Of a stretch of DNA of 32,000 nt, positions 17,582 to 26,360 are shown piece after piece. The position numbers and the translations under genes were made by a program. Position 1 is the first letter of the stretch, and the number at the start of each line of letters is the position of its first letter. Location: positions 360,001 to 392,000 of the forward strand of contig NC_010482.1 of NCBI RefSeq assembly GCF_000019605.1, written 5' to 3'. The notes under the pieces were generated by a model that had not been told where the DNA came from, did no database searches, and saw only the letters and a program-made list of their open reading frames with translations. Source of the DNA: Candidatus Korarchaeum cryptofilum OPF8. Lineage in GTDB: Archaea; Korarchaeota; Korarchaeia; Korarchaeales; Korarchaeaceae.

Positions 17582-18670
17582 TCAGGATTTTTGACCCTTT
17601 GTTCTCCTCTTCCTCCTCTCTATAGGTTTACTATACTTCACCAGAAGGGATACGACGCTATCTACACAATCCTCATCGTCGCAGAGCTTAGCTAACTCAA
17701 GGAACTCCCTGAAACCGAAATCAGAGAAGAGGGATGACTTCCCTGCTATATAATTAGCTAATTTCTCACTCTTACCACTCCTCTCCATGACAAGCTTCGT
17801 CACGATCTTCCTCCTCAGTTCCTCATCCTCTATGGGCGGGAGGTGGAGGGTGATGAAGTATGAAACGAGGTCCCTCGGTATCCCCCTCTCGCTCGAGGAA
17901 GATGCTGTCACAGTGGATCTGTGCTGCACCAAGTCCCCCACTTTCCTGACGAATACTCTGTTCGAGGAGACGAAGTTCACCAGGGTCGATAGATCGACTG
18001 AGGATCTCATCTTATCTAAGTTAGGGATTATCAGGGGATTGGGCTTAACGCTCCAGAGCACTTCATCTAAGGATGGATCGGCGCTCGGGACGTAGAAGTA
18101 GGAACCCGGTATCCTGGTGAGTTCCTCTATAATTAAGCTCTTGAGCGAGATCTTCGGCCCTAGGAGGAGGAAGTGGGCGGAGCCTCCGCCCTTCACCGAC
18201 TTTAGAATGAGGTTAACGATATTCCTGAAGTCCGATATCAGGCTGATGAACTCCTCTGACTCTAATTCACCCTCGAGCTCGGGCAATTCTATCTTAGGCA
18301 GCTCCTCAATGAAGCCCTTATTCTCGAGGGCCCTCTTAACGAGCTCGGGTTTGACGAGAACATAGCTGATACCCTTGCTCCCCCCATGGGCTGCCTCTAT
18401 GATGCCCAAATTCACCAACTCAAGCATGTGAGAGAACGGGATGTTGGGTGAGAAGTCTGATGGGGAGAACGAGGGATATATCAAAGTGGATCCGCACTGC
18501 TTGCATTTGTACTGAAGCAAGGAGATCTTCTCCAATTCGGAGGATCCACACTTAGGGCACTTGAATACTCTCGAATGATAATCGTATATGAGCTTCAGTG
18601 TGTGGAGAAGCTTAGGATCCTTCTCCAGGGCCTTGCTTAATCTATCCAGCTCTTGCTCAGTGTACGACAT
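17582..18670 (-). CDS. Zn-ribbon + winged-helix + degenerate AAA+ (clamp-loader/Cdc6-like) protein
   Basis: CPKCG-x17-CKQCG is the zinc ribbon. MLELVNLGIIEAA...YVLV resembles a winged helix. HFLLLGPKISLKS is a Walker-A-like motif in which the second Gly is replaced, and LIIPNLD is a Walker-B-like motif lacking DE. The C-terminal tail is basic. Confidence 0.55.
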   Translation of the reverse strand: MSYTEQELDRLSKALEKDPKLLHTLKLIYDYHSRVFKCPKCGSSELEKISLLQYKCKQCGSTLIYPSFSPSDFSPNIPFSHMLELVNLGIIEAAHGGSKGISYVLVKPELVKRALENKGFIEELPKIELPELEGELESEEFISLISDFRNIVNLILKSVKGGGSAHFLLLGPKISLKSLIIEELTRIPGSYFYVPSADPSLDEVLWSVKPNPLIIPNLDKMRSSVDLSTLVNFVSSNRVFVRKVGDLVQHRSTVTASSSSERGIPRDLVSYFITLHLPPIEDEELRRKIVTKLVMERSGKSEKLANYIAGKSSLFSDFGFREFLELAKLCDDEDCVDSVVSLLVKYSKPIERRKRRTKGQKS

Positions 18671-18911
18671 GGTCGAGTAATTTGATACGGACTCCTAGAT
18701 AATCGTTTCGCTCCCCTGAGGGCTTCTAAAGTATTGAGGGGTGCTCACTCAACCCGATGGGTGATGCCTAAAATCATCTCAGAATGCCTCCCCCCAACCC
18801 AAAAAATATTTCAGCATTATCCTGATCAGCCGGAGTAAGCCTGAATACTTAAGGGTCCTAAATGATGCCGGAATCCTGTCCATGAGCAGCTCTCAGCTAG
18901 CTAAATTGCCC

Positions 18912-20693
18912 TCATCGATAAATGACATCTACGTACCTGAAGTTGACGGTGTCGATCAATCCCCTATCAGTTATCCTCAGCTCGGGCAGCACATCCAGCG
19001 CTAGGAGGGACATTGTCATGAAAGGAGATACCCATTCGCATCCTCTCTCCCTCCAGATCTCATACGTCCTCTCCAGCTCCTCAGCCACGCTCTCAGGCTC
19101 CTCCGTTGACATCAAACCGGCCAGGGGGAGCTTGACTAAGGAGATGACTCTCCCCTCATCTACCGTGACGATACCTCCTCCCACTTCGGCTAGCGTATTC
19201 GCAGCGATAGCCATATCCTCATCCCTCAGCCCCAGGACGAGCAAGTTGTGGTTATCGTGAGCTACTGTTGAAGCTACTGCCCCCAGCTTGAAGCCGAATC
19301 CCTTCACGAACCCTAAACCCATGTTTCCAGTTGCTTTATGCCTCTCCAAAACAGCCACTTTATATATGCTCCTCTCAGCATCGGGGAGCACTTCCCAATC
19401 CCTCACTCGGAGCTCCTCGATACTGCACTTAGTGAGGACATTACCCTCTATAGCCTCTATGGCTCTAACCCTCACCCTTCCATCCTTTATAGGGGCTTTT
19501 ATCGAGAAATCGCTGGCCTCCACTTTCCTCCGCAATCTTACTGTCCTCAGGTACTTCTCATCGTAGCTAGGTGCCCTTATCTCCACTAATAATTTCCCTT
19601 CCCTCGCTACTATCCTGCCGTCAGCTATAACAGTATCCACATCCACCTCAGTTAAGTCCCTCAGCAAGAGCATGTCCGCATACCTGCTCGGGGCTACGCT
19701 CCCTATCTCCCTAGCCAATCCGTAATGCTCAGCCGGATTTATTGTAGCCATCTGTATCGCTCTGATCGGATCTAACCCCTCCTCTATAGCTCTCCTAACT
19801 ACATGATCCATGTGACCCTGCTTTATTATAGAATCGACCTCCCTGTCATCCGTAACGAGGCAGGCATGCCTCGAATCGAGCTTGGCCTCAGTTATAGCTT
19901 TTATAGTCTCCTTGACATCGAGCCAAGCAGAGCCCTCCCTCATATACGCGTACATCCCTAGCCTGAGCCTCTCTATAGCATCTATCTTACGAGTCATCTC
20001 GTGAGACGATGATATGCCTGAAGCTGAGTAAGCCGCGAGCTCCATTCCGAGGAGCCCAGCATCGTGGCCCTCGACGACCTTACCCATCCTATGAGCTGCA
20101 TTTATCTTACCCATCACCTCGGGATCCGTCGCTAGGACGCCAGGATAGTTCATCATCTCCCCTAAAGCTATAACTTCCTTCAATCTGAGCATCTCCTCTA
20201 CTTCCTTCACCCCTAAGTGAGCTCCTGATGTCTCGAACATAGGGTTAGCTGGTACGCATGATGGAGCTGTCACGAATACTTTCAATGGAAGCCCTTTGGA
20301 CTCCTCTATCATCAATCTAACTCCATCCAATCCCAGGACGTTAGCTATCTCATGCGGGTCTATGAAGACGGCAGTAGTCCCCCTGGGAAGCACGACTTTA
20401 GCGAAGTTAGTCAAGCTCAGCATACTGCTCTCAACGTGGACGTGGGCATCCAAGAACCCGGGGACTAAGTACATTCCCTTAGCGTCAATAACTTCAGTAT
20501 CCGGGCCTATTGTATGGGATACCTGCCCTATAGTAGCGACTCTATCCCCCTTTATAGCCACGCCGAAGTTCTCGAGGATTTCCCCTGAGTTGACGTTGAC
20601 GAATGTAGAATTTATTATCACTAGATCGGCTTTCTCCTTACCCAGAGCCACTCTGACAAGGGTATCTGAGATCTCCCATATATTGCTCCTCAT
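18912..20693 (-). CDS. ade: Adenine deaminase
   Basis: PGFLDAHVHVESSM is the metal-binding motif. The 593-aa amidohydrolase architecture is typical of Ade. TATA-like gatttttatttag lies about 30 nt upstream. Confidence 0.9.
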   Translation of the reverse strand: MRSNIWEISDTLVRVALGKEKADLVIINSTFVNVNSGEILENFGVAIKGDRVATIGQVSHTIGPDTEVIDAKGMYLVPGFLDAHVHVESSMLSLTNFAKVVLPRGTTAVFIDPHEIANVLGLDGVRLMIEESKGLPLKVFVTAPSCVPANPMFETSGAHLGVKEVEEMLRLKEVIALGEMMNYPGVLATDPEVMGKINAAHRMGKVVEGHDAGLLGMELAAYSASGISSSHEMTRKIDAIERLRLGMYAYMREGSAWLDVKETIKAITEAKLDSRHACLVTDDREVDSIIKQGHMDHVVRRAIEEGLDPIRAIQMATINPAEHYGLAREIGSVAPSRYADMLLLRDLTEVDVDTVIADGRIVAREGKLLVEIRAPSYDEKYLRTVRLRRKVEASDFSIKAPIKDGRVRVRAIEAIEGNVLTKCSIEELRVRDWEVLPDAERSIYKVAVLERHKATGNMGLGFVKGFGFKLGAVASTVAHDNHNLLVLGLRDEDMAIAANTLAEVGGGIVTVDEGRVISLVKLPLAGLMSTEEPESVAEELERTYEIWRERGCEWVSPFMTMSLLALDVLPELRITDRGLIDTVNFRYVDVIYR

Positions 20694-20912
20694 GGGGGGT
20701 CATTTTCGCTTAACCCACTAAATAAAAATCTTTGGCTCCCGAACGGATGGGGGCTCATAGTCTAGAGATGTGATGGGAGATCGGATTCCCAGCCCATCTC
20801 AGGATGAGAGAGAAGCTCTCAATTAACGGGAGAAATCACTATCGATGAACTGACTACCCTCAGCTCCCGCTGGGAGGCATCTGAGGATTGAAGTCTGAGA
20901 GGACTTAACTAA

Positions 20913-22868
20913 TTAGCTGTTCTCGCTGCGAATAGTGTCGATTAGAGTACTGTACATCCTTTCTATCTCCCTCTCCGGATCCTCGATACCGATGAATTTA
21001 GCGACGGAGAGATCGAGCTCATACCTGTAATCCTCACCCAATTGGTCGTAGAGAGGAGGTAGCCTCATATCCATCATCCTGCTTATACTCTCAGCTATCT
21101 CATTAGCCCCCTCACTGGGGTTTATCACCGGAAGCTCGAGGTAATCATTCTCCAGGAACCTGGTCCACGTATCGGATATCCTCCTGCCCAATAAGGCGAG
21201 GGTTGAGATGAAGAAAGTGCTGTTGAGCCAGCCGGCGAGTGGCTTAGCTAAAGCTTCATCCCTTACTATGTAAAAGTTTTTGGATGCAGCTACCTCCTCC
21301 TCACTGTAATTCGCGAACACTCCCCTCCTCCTGAAGAGCAGATCCACTTTGTCGGGTATGAAAACATGACCGAAGGGTTCCTTCGCTCTGATCTGCCCGT
21401 AAACATGGCTATACCATTTGCTCCCATAAGCTTTAATAGCTGGTTTAGCTGCTCCCGACTCGATCCCCCACTCTATGTAGATACGCAGGTCCTCCGGGAG
21501 CTCGCTGATATCTTTGGGAGGCACTGAGAGCATGAAGCTATCCGCATCGACCTCTATTCTATCAAAGTAGAGGCCCGGTCTCCTCAGAGTCTTCACGAGG
21601 AATTCTCTACCGATGACTAGCTCCATCCCGCCATTCTCAATGACGATGCGATCTTCCCTCTCGCTAGTGATCTTCCAGAACTTATTCGGGATGAAGAAGA
21701 AATCTGGCCCGTACATCTCGATGCCCCTTATAATATTCTTCCCTAGGATCTCCTCCCAATAGCCGAGAGTCCCCTTTCTCAGCCCTAACTCGAATATCCT
21801 GACTAAAATATCCCTCAATTCTCTCTCGAAGAGAGCTAACCAATTGAGCTCTAGGAACTTAGGGAGGGAGTCCAGATCTAATCTCTGGTAATCCTCTATA
21901 TCGAAATCCCGGGCATTGAGCCTGATGAGCGCCGTTAATCCCTTATCTGATCCCTTGGATGCGATTATAATGACTTCCTTGAAACCGCTACCCTCTGAGA
22001 GAGATGCTCTATCCCTCGATTCGACTATGGCATGTAAGCAGTACTCCTCCCTCAGGAAGGACTTATATCCCCTCCCGTATATCGTGTAAAAAGTAGATGC
22101 GGGAAGAACTGAGACTAGCAATCCCCCTCTCCTCAGAGCTCGATCGCATAAGAACATCGAGAGCACCTGTAGGCTGCTCTCCCCCCTCATGTACTTCCCA
22201 TAACCCAGCTCCCTCATCAGGGAGAGCAGGGATTCCCTGTAGTCCCTCTCCAGGTACTTCCATCTGGTGAAAGGAGGATTCGTTAGGATGATATCGGCTT
22301 TCGGCAGATCGCGGGAAGGGACTTCCCTGAATGAATCACCGACTATCACATCTATAGCTTCCCTCCTGCCCTTCATCGATTGGAGGAGGGAAGCGTAAGC
22401 TATTAAGGCTGGTAGAGGCAGCAATTCGATCCCCCATACCTTCAGAATTCTCTCAGGTCCTATCTTATCGATTGCCGCTGTTAAAGTGATCCCGCTGCCG
22501 AGGAAGGGATCGGCTATGATTAAACTTTCACTATCATGTAAATCCCTGGCTAACTTAACCATTAGCTCGGCTACCTGACGTATAGTATAATAAGCTGCGA
22601 ACCTCTTCCTCCTCTCCCTCGGGATCATCCTCTGGACTTTCTCCTGAAAATCCTTCACCGAAAGTTTTATCCTTTCAGCCTCCGATAAGAGGAGCTTTAT
22701 CTCATTCAGATCCAATTTATCCACGGGTAATATCGAGGAGACCCAGTCTGAAAGCGTATCTAGGTCGCCAGCGTACTCTAGTATAGCCTTTAAGCTGACT
22801 GCAAGCGCCTGGAAGCCCTCAAAATTAGAATATATTCCAAGCTTCTCCATTATTCCCTTGATCCTCAT
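20913..22868 (-). CDS. Gamma-class N6-adenine DNA methyltransferase with C-terminal target-recognition region
   Basis: Motif X (AAYYTIRQVAELM), motif I (ADPFLGSGITL) and motif IV (ILTNPPF) occur in the order X-I-IV. No nuclease motif is seen. Confidence 0.85.
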   Translation of the reverse strand: MRIKGIMEKLGIYSNFEGFQALAVSLKAILEYAGDLDTLSDWVSSILPVDKLDLNEIKLLLSEAERIKLSVKDFQEKVQRMIPRERRKRFAAYYTIRQVAELMVKLARDLHDSESLIIADPFLGSGITLTAAIDKIGPERILKVWGIELLPLPALIAYASLLQSMKGRREAIDVIVGDSFREVPSRDLPKADIILTNPPFTRWKYLERDYRESLLSLMRELGYGKYMRGESSLQVLSMFLCDRALRRGGLLVSVLPASTFYTIYGRGYKSFLREEYCLHAIVESRDRASLSEGSGFKEVIIIASKGSDKGLTALIRLNARDFDIEDYQRLDLDSLPKFLELNWLALFERELRDILVRIFELGLRKGTLGYWEEILGKNIIRGIEMYGPDFFFIPNKFWKITSEREDRIVIENGGMELVIGREFLVKTLRRPGLYFDRIEVDADSFMLSVPPKDISELPEDLRIYIEWGIESGAAKPAIKAYGSKWYSHVYGQIRAKEPFGHVFIPDKVDLLFRRRGVFANYSEEEVAASKNFYIVRDEALAKPLAGWLNSTFFISTLALLGRRISDTWTRFLENDYLELPVINPSEGANEIAESISRMMDMRLPPLYDQLGEDYRYELDLSVAKFIGIEDPEREIERMYSTLIDTIRSENS

Positions 22869-22900
22869 CTCCCTGCCCTTATCACATCCTGAAGGAACTG

Positions 22901-23137
22901 CTAACTTATGATGACCAATTTAACCTTGAGTCCCCTCCTCGAGAAGCTCTCCACATTGAAACCGTTCATCTTGAGGAGAACTAAGAGATCCTCGAGCCTA
23001 ACTCCCTCCTTCATCCTCATCTTGACCTCTATGCAGCTTATCCTCTCCCCATCCGCTGTAACAGCATCGGATATTATGAGGCCCTCCAGCTCCCCGAACT
23101 TCCTGAGGATATCCATGAGCGATCTAGCCGACATCAT
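22901..23137 (-). CDS. Hypothetical 78-aa protein, probably co-transcribed with the methyltransferase
   Basis: It lies 32 nt upstream of the MTase start with no TATA box between them. A TATA-like cgatttttagg lies about 20-27 nt upstream of its own ATG. The predicted alpha/beta pattern is not HTH-like. Confidence 0.45.
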   Translation of the reverse strand: MMSARSLMDILRKFGELEGLIISDAVTADGERISCIEVKMRMKEGVRLEDLLVLLKMNGFNVESFSRRGLKVKLVIIS

Positions 23138-23252
23138 GAGCTCGGGATGGACGGCCTAAAAATCGAGCGCGTGGACAAGTAATCCAAGCTTATTACGGCA
23201 TTCATAAAGCATAACTTTTTTATGGTGAATAGCGTAATATCTAGGAACGATT

Positions 23253-24254
23253 TTGGTGGTCGTAATGAGCACCGAGGAGGGCCCAAGTTGGCTCATCTGG
23301 ATGATAACGGCATCATGCAATCTGAATTGCCCCTACTGTTATTCCACTCACTATCTGAGGGAGAGGCCCCTGGGAAGGGAGGAAGTGATGAGGCTGCTCA
23401 GGGAAGCGGCATCTAGTGGCATTAAGCACATAGACTACACCGGAGGAGAACCCTTAACGAGGAGAGATATATCGGAGATATTAGAGGAGACAGCTGACCT
23501 AGGGATTAGTGCATCGATATTCACGAATCTCACCCTCCTGAGCCAGGATATCGCTTCTAAGATCTCCAGACTTGACATAGAAGTTGCTACGAGCCTAGAT
23601 GGTCCTCGCGAAATCTATGAGAGGGTGAAGGGCCAAGGGACATGGGAGAAGTTCTCGAGGGGAATAGATGAGCTCAAGAGGAGGAACATACCGTTTCACG
23701 TGAATATAACTGTATCCACAATGAATTATGATAGGGTAGGGGATGCGATAATCCTAGCAAATGATCTGGGAGCTGATAGCATCTCTATAATACCATCGAT
23801 GGCATTCGGTAGGGCGTTGGAGACTAAAAGCTTCATAGGGAGGGAGGAGTTCCTCAAGAGCGTCATTCAGGCTGACAGGGTAGCTGAGGAAATAGGGATA
23901 AGGGTCAGTGTCTGGTGCTCCCCCTTCTTGGGGGTCCTGGGGCTGAGGAACCTCTACTACAGCGACTGCAGGGAGTTCAGGGAGCTGGATGTATCGCCTG
24001 GAGGTAAGGTTCTGATATGCGATGTCATGGGGGTGGAGGTAGCTGATCTAATGAAGGATGGGATAAAGGGGGCTTGGAGGAAGTTAAATGAGAACGAAAT
24101 TTACCTGAAGGCGAAGGAGCTACCACTAGAATGCTTAGATTGCGGAGCTTGTAGGGGAGGGTGCTACGCTAGGGCTTTCAATCACTGGGGGAGGCTCCCC
24201 TCAATAGACCCTCTCTGCCCTAGAACCTTCATCAAGCTTCCTCCTCGGACTTAG
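23253..24254 (+). CDS. Radical SAM enzyme with C-terminal SPASM/twitch domain
   Basis: CNLNCPYCY (CxxxCxxC), GGEPL, and a C-terminal cysteine cluster (C...GGKVLIC and CLDCGACRGGC) are present. ATG at 23265 is the likely start (the ORF-track TTG is at 23253). Confidence 0.85.
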   Translation: MVVVMSTEEGPSWLIWMITASCNLNCPYCYSTHYLRERPLGREEVMRLLREAASSGIKHIDYTGGEPLTRRDISEILEETADLGISASIFTNLTLLSQDIASKISRLDIEVATSLDGPREIYERVKGQGTWEKFSRGIDELKRRNIPFHVNITVSTMNYDRVGDAIILANDLGADSISIIPSMAFGRALETKSFIGREEFLKSVIQADRVAEEIGIRVSVWCSPFLGVLGLRNLYYSDCREFRELDVSPGGKVLICDVMGVEVADLMKDGIKGAWRKLNENEIYLKAKELPLECLDCGACRGGCYARAFNHWGRLPSIDPLCPRTFIKLPPRT

Positions 24255-26016
24255 TTTCCTCAACTTCAACCACTTTCAGCTGCTCCTTATACATCTCTAT
24301 TATCTCCTCCTCAGTCGTCGCGTCCTGAGGCCCCTTATCATCCCTCCAGCCCATGAACCTGGGGAACCTTATAGCGAGGCCGGCGTTCTTCCTCACTTTA
24401 TTCCATCCGCACGTATGAGTGGGACTAAGCGTTATCTCATCCCCCAGGACCTGAGCTACCTTGACGGGGACGAAGTAAACATCGGCCTCTATATTGGATA
24501 TGACGCTCGGGTGCTTGTGATCTATCTTGTAATCTTCTAGCAGTTTAGGCATTCTAGCGAGTTCCTCATCCGTGAAACCGGATCCCATCTTGCATACAGT
24601 CTTGAAGACGTCCTCCTCGGGTGAGTAAGCTGCCATTAGGAGAGCTCCATAAGTTCCAGCTCTCTTCCCCTTCCCCCAGAAAGCCCCTACAACTACTAGA
24701 TCGACGGGCTCTATCATCTTGCTTATGTAACTCCTCTTCAGCTTTATCCAGGACCATCCCCTAACTCCAGCCTGATATATCGATTTCGGATCCTTAACTA
24801 CCAAGCCCTCGGTCCCCATCTCAACAGCATGCTCGAAGAACCTCTCAAGCTCCTCAACATTACCATCTATCTCCTCATACTGGACTAACCTAGCTTTCTC
24901 GTTCTCCTTCAATATCTCCTTCAGTATCTTCCTCCTATCATCTAGCTGCTCATCTAAGAGCTCCCTTCCATCTAAGTAGAGCAGGTCGAATGCGTAGGTC
25001 ACGGTGGGATAGGTTTTCATCGCCTCCTCGACACCGTACTTCCTCCTCCTGTGCATCAGCTCTTGGAAGGGGAGTATCTCACCGGTATCGGGATTTATGG
25101 CAACTGTCTCGCAATCCAGAACCACTTCATGCCCCTCAACGGCCTTAGAAACGTATTCCCTCACATCTGGATAAGGCTCGGTTATGTCCTCCAGCCTTCT
25201 GGAGAATATCTTCACCTTCCCATCCTTCCAAACGTGGATCTGCATCCTCTCCCCATCGTACTTGAACTCCGCGAATATCCTGGGACCGATCTTCTCCATT
25301 ATCTCCTCAGCCGACCTCAGCCTCTGAGCTAGCATGGGCCTGACCGGGATTCCGAGAGTTATGGTTATTTCATCTAAGCCCTTAATCCCCTTTTCCGCGA
25401 CGACCTTAGCTATCTTCCCTATATCCGGATATATGTTGTACTTCCTCTCCAGCTTATCCCTGTAAGCCCTCCCCTTGAGGAAAGCCTCTGATAGAGCATC
25501 CAGGACGGTCATATCCCTCACTCCAAGCCTAAGCTTCTCTGTAACTATCCTAGCTATGTACCTAGCTTCCAGAGGCTTAGCATCGCTCAAAATCCCAGCT
25601 ATCAGCCTCACCTTCAGGTCCTGGGCTCCCTCCCCAGTAGCTCTCGCTACCTTGCTCAGAGTATCGAAGACCCTCTCCACAGTGAGATCTTCGGTGAAGA
25701 ATGATTGAGCCGCTTTCTTACTGACTGCCCACTCAGCTAACTTCCCTATATCCCCGAGCTTAGGGTACTCCTCCTCCAGCCTCTCCTGGGGGATGCCGGT
25801 GGCCAAGGAGAGGGCCCTGAGGAAGAGCTTCTCCCCGACCCCGAGCTCGATGCCCTCGAAAGAGGCTGCTATATTCCCTAGGGTGAGATAGACTATCTTA
25901 TCCAATATCTCCGGAGGTGTGCTGAGGAAAAGGTTCTTCAGATAATCTATCATCTCTAGCCTTCCTGTAGTTGCCTCTATCTTCTCATATATTTTCGCCA
26001 CATCTATGAAATTCAC
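24232..26016 (-). CDS. lig: ATP-dependent DNA ligase (archaeal/eukaryal type)
   Basis: The adenylation motif EFKYDGERMQIH (KxDGxR), plus EGLVVK and WIKLK. I prefer the GTG start at 26016, which overlaps the hsp20 stop as GTGA, over the ORF-track ATG at 26061. Confidence 0.9.
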   Translation of the reverse strand: MNFIDVAKIYEKIEATTGRLEMIDYLKNLFLSTPPEILDKIVYLTLGNIAASFEGIELGVGEKLFLRALSLATGIPQERLEEEYPKLGDIGKLAEWAVSKKAAQSFFTEDLTVERVFDTLSKVARATGEGAQDLKVRLIAGILSDAKPLEARYIARIVTEKLRLGVRDMTVLDALSEAFLKGRAYRDKLERKYNIYPDIGKIAKVVAEKGIKGLDEITITLGIPVRPMLAQRLRSAEEIMEKIGPRIFAEFKYDGERMQIHVWKDGKVKIFSRRLEDITEPYPDVREYVSKAVEGHEVVLDCETVAINPDTGEILPFQELMHRRRKYGVEEAMKTYPTVTYAFDLLYLDGRELLDEQLDDRRKILKEILKENEKARLVQYEEIDGNVEELERFFEHAVEMGTEGLVVKDPKSIYQAGVRGWSWIKLKRSYISKMIEPVDLVVVGAFWGKGKRAGTYGALLMAAYSPEEDVFKTVCKMGSGFTDEELARMPKLLEDYKIDHKHPSVISNIEADVYFVPVKVAQVLGDEITLSPTHTCGWNKVRKNAGLAIRFPRFMGWRDDKGPQDATTEEEIIEMYKEQLKVVEVEETKSEEEA

Positions 26017-26348
26017 TCCACCTTCACCCTCCTGAAAGTGACCTCCTTGGGCGGGGCCCATATGTAGAGGATCCCGTTGCTGAACTTCGCCTCTATCCTC
26101 TCGGGATCTATCTGTATCGGGGTCCTTATCAGCTTCTTGTACCTGACCCTAGCTCCACCTACATGGGAGAGGGCCTCCACGTATATAGCCTCCTCACTAG
26201 CGTTGAGAACTAAGTCCTCCTTCCTGACGCCCGGGAGGTCGACGGTTATGACTACACCATCCTTAGTGAGTCTCACATCGTAGAGGGGCTCCTCAACATC
26301 CCTAACGGCGAAGTAGCCCCACCTAATCTCCCTGTAGAACCAGCCCAT
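26013..26348 (-). CDS. Small heat-shock protein (Hsp20/alpha-crystallin domain)
   Basis: VITVDLPGVRKEDLVLN ... IEAKFSNGILYIWAPPK matches the beta-sandwich ACD pattern. Length is 111 aa. Confidence 0.75.
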   Translation of the reverse strand: MGWFYREIRWGYFAVRDVEEPLYDVRLTKDGVVITVDLPGVRKEDLVLNASEEAIYVEALSHVGGARVRYKKLIRTPIQIDPERIEAKFSNGILYIWAPPKEVTFRRVKVE

Positions 26349-26360
26349 CGCATCACCCCC

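Noticed and set aside
18671-18911. Possible C/D-box sRNAs, based on ATGATGC, GTGATGC and CTGA-like boxes here and in 20760-20860.
   Set aside because: The box order and spacing (C, about 12 nt, D', C', about 12 nt, D) could not be satisfied on either strand. Only isolated partial boxes are present.
20749-20815. tRNA-like 5' end (GGGGGCTCATAGTCTAGAG...) in the spacer between the methyltransferase and ade.
   Set aside because: No complementary 3' acceptor strand (AGCCCCC) lies downstream, the D-stem cannot be closed, and there is no T-loop (GTTCRANYC).
20913-22868. A complete restriction-modification or BREX/DISARM-type defence locus around the methyltransferase.
   Set aside because: No nuclease, helicase, phosphatase or protease partner genes lie adjacent. 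The flanking genes are metabolic or housekeeping. At 651 aa the MTase is far shorter than PglX-type enzymes.
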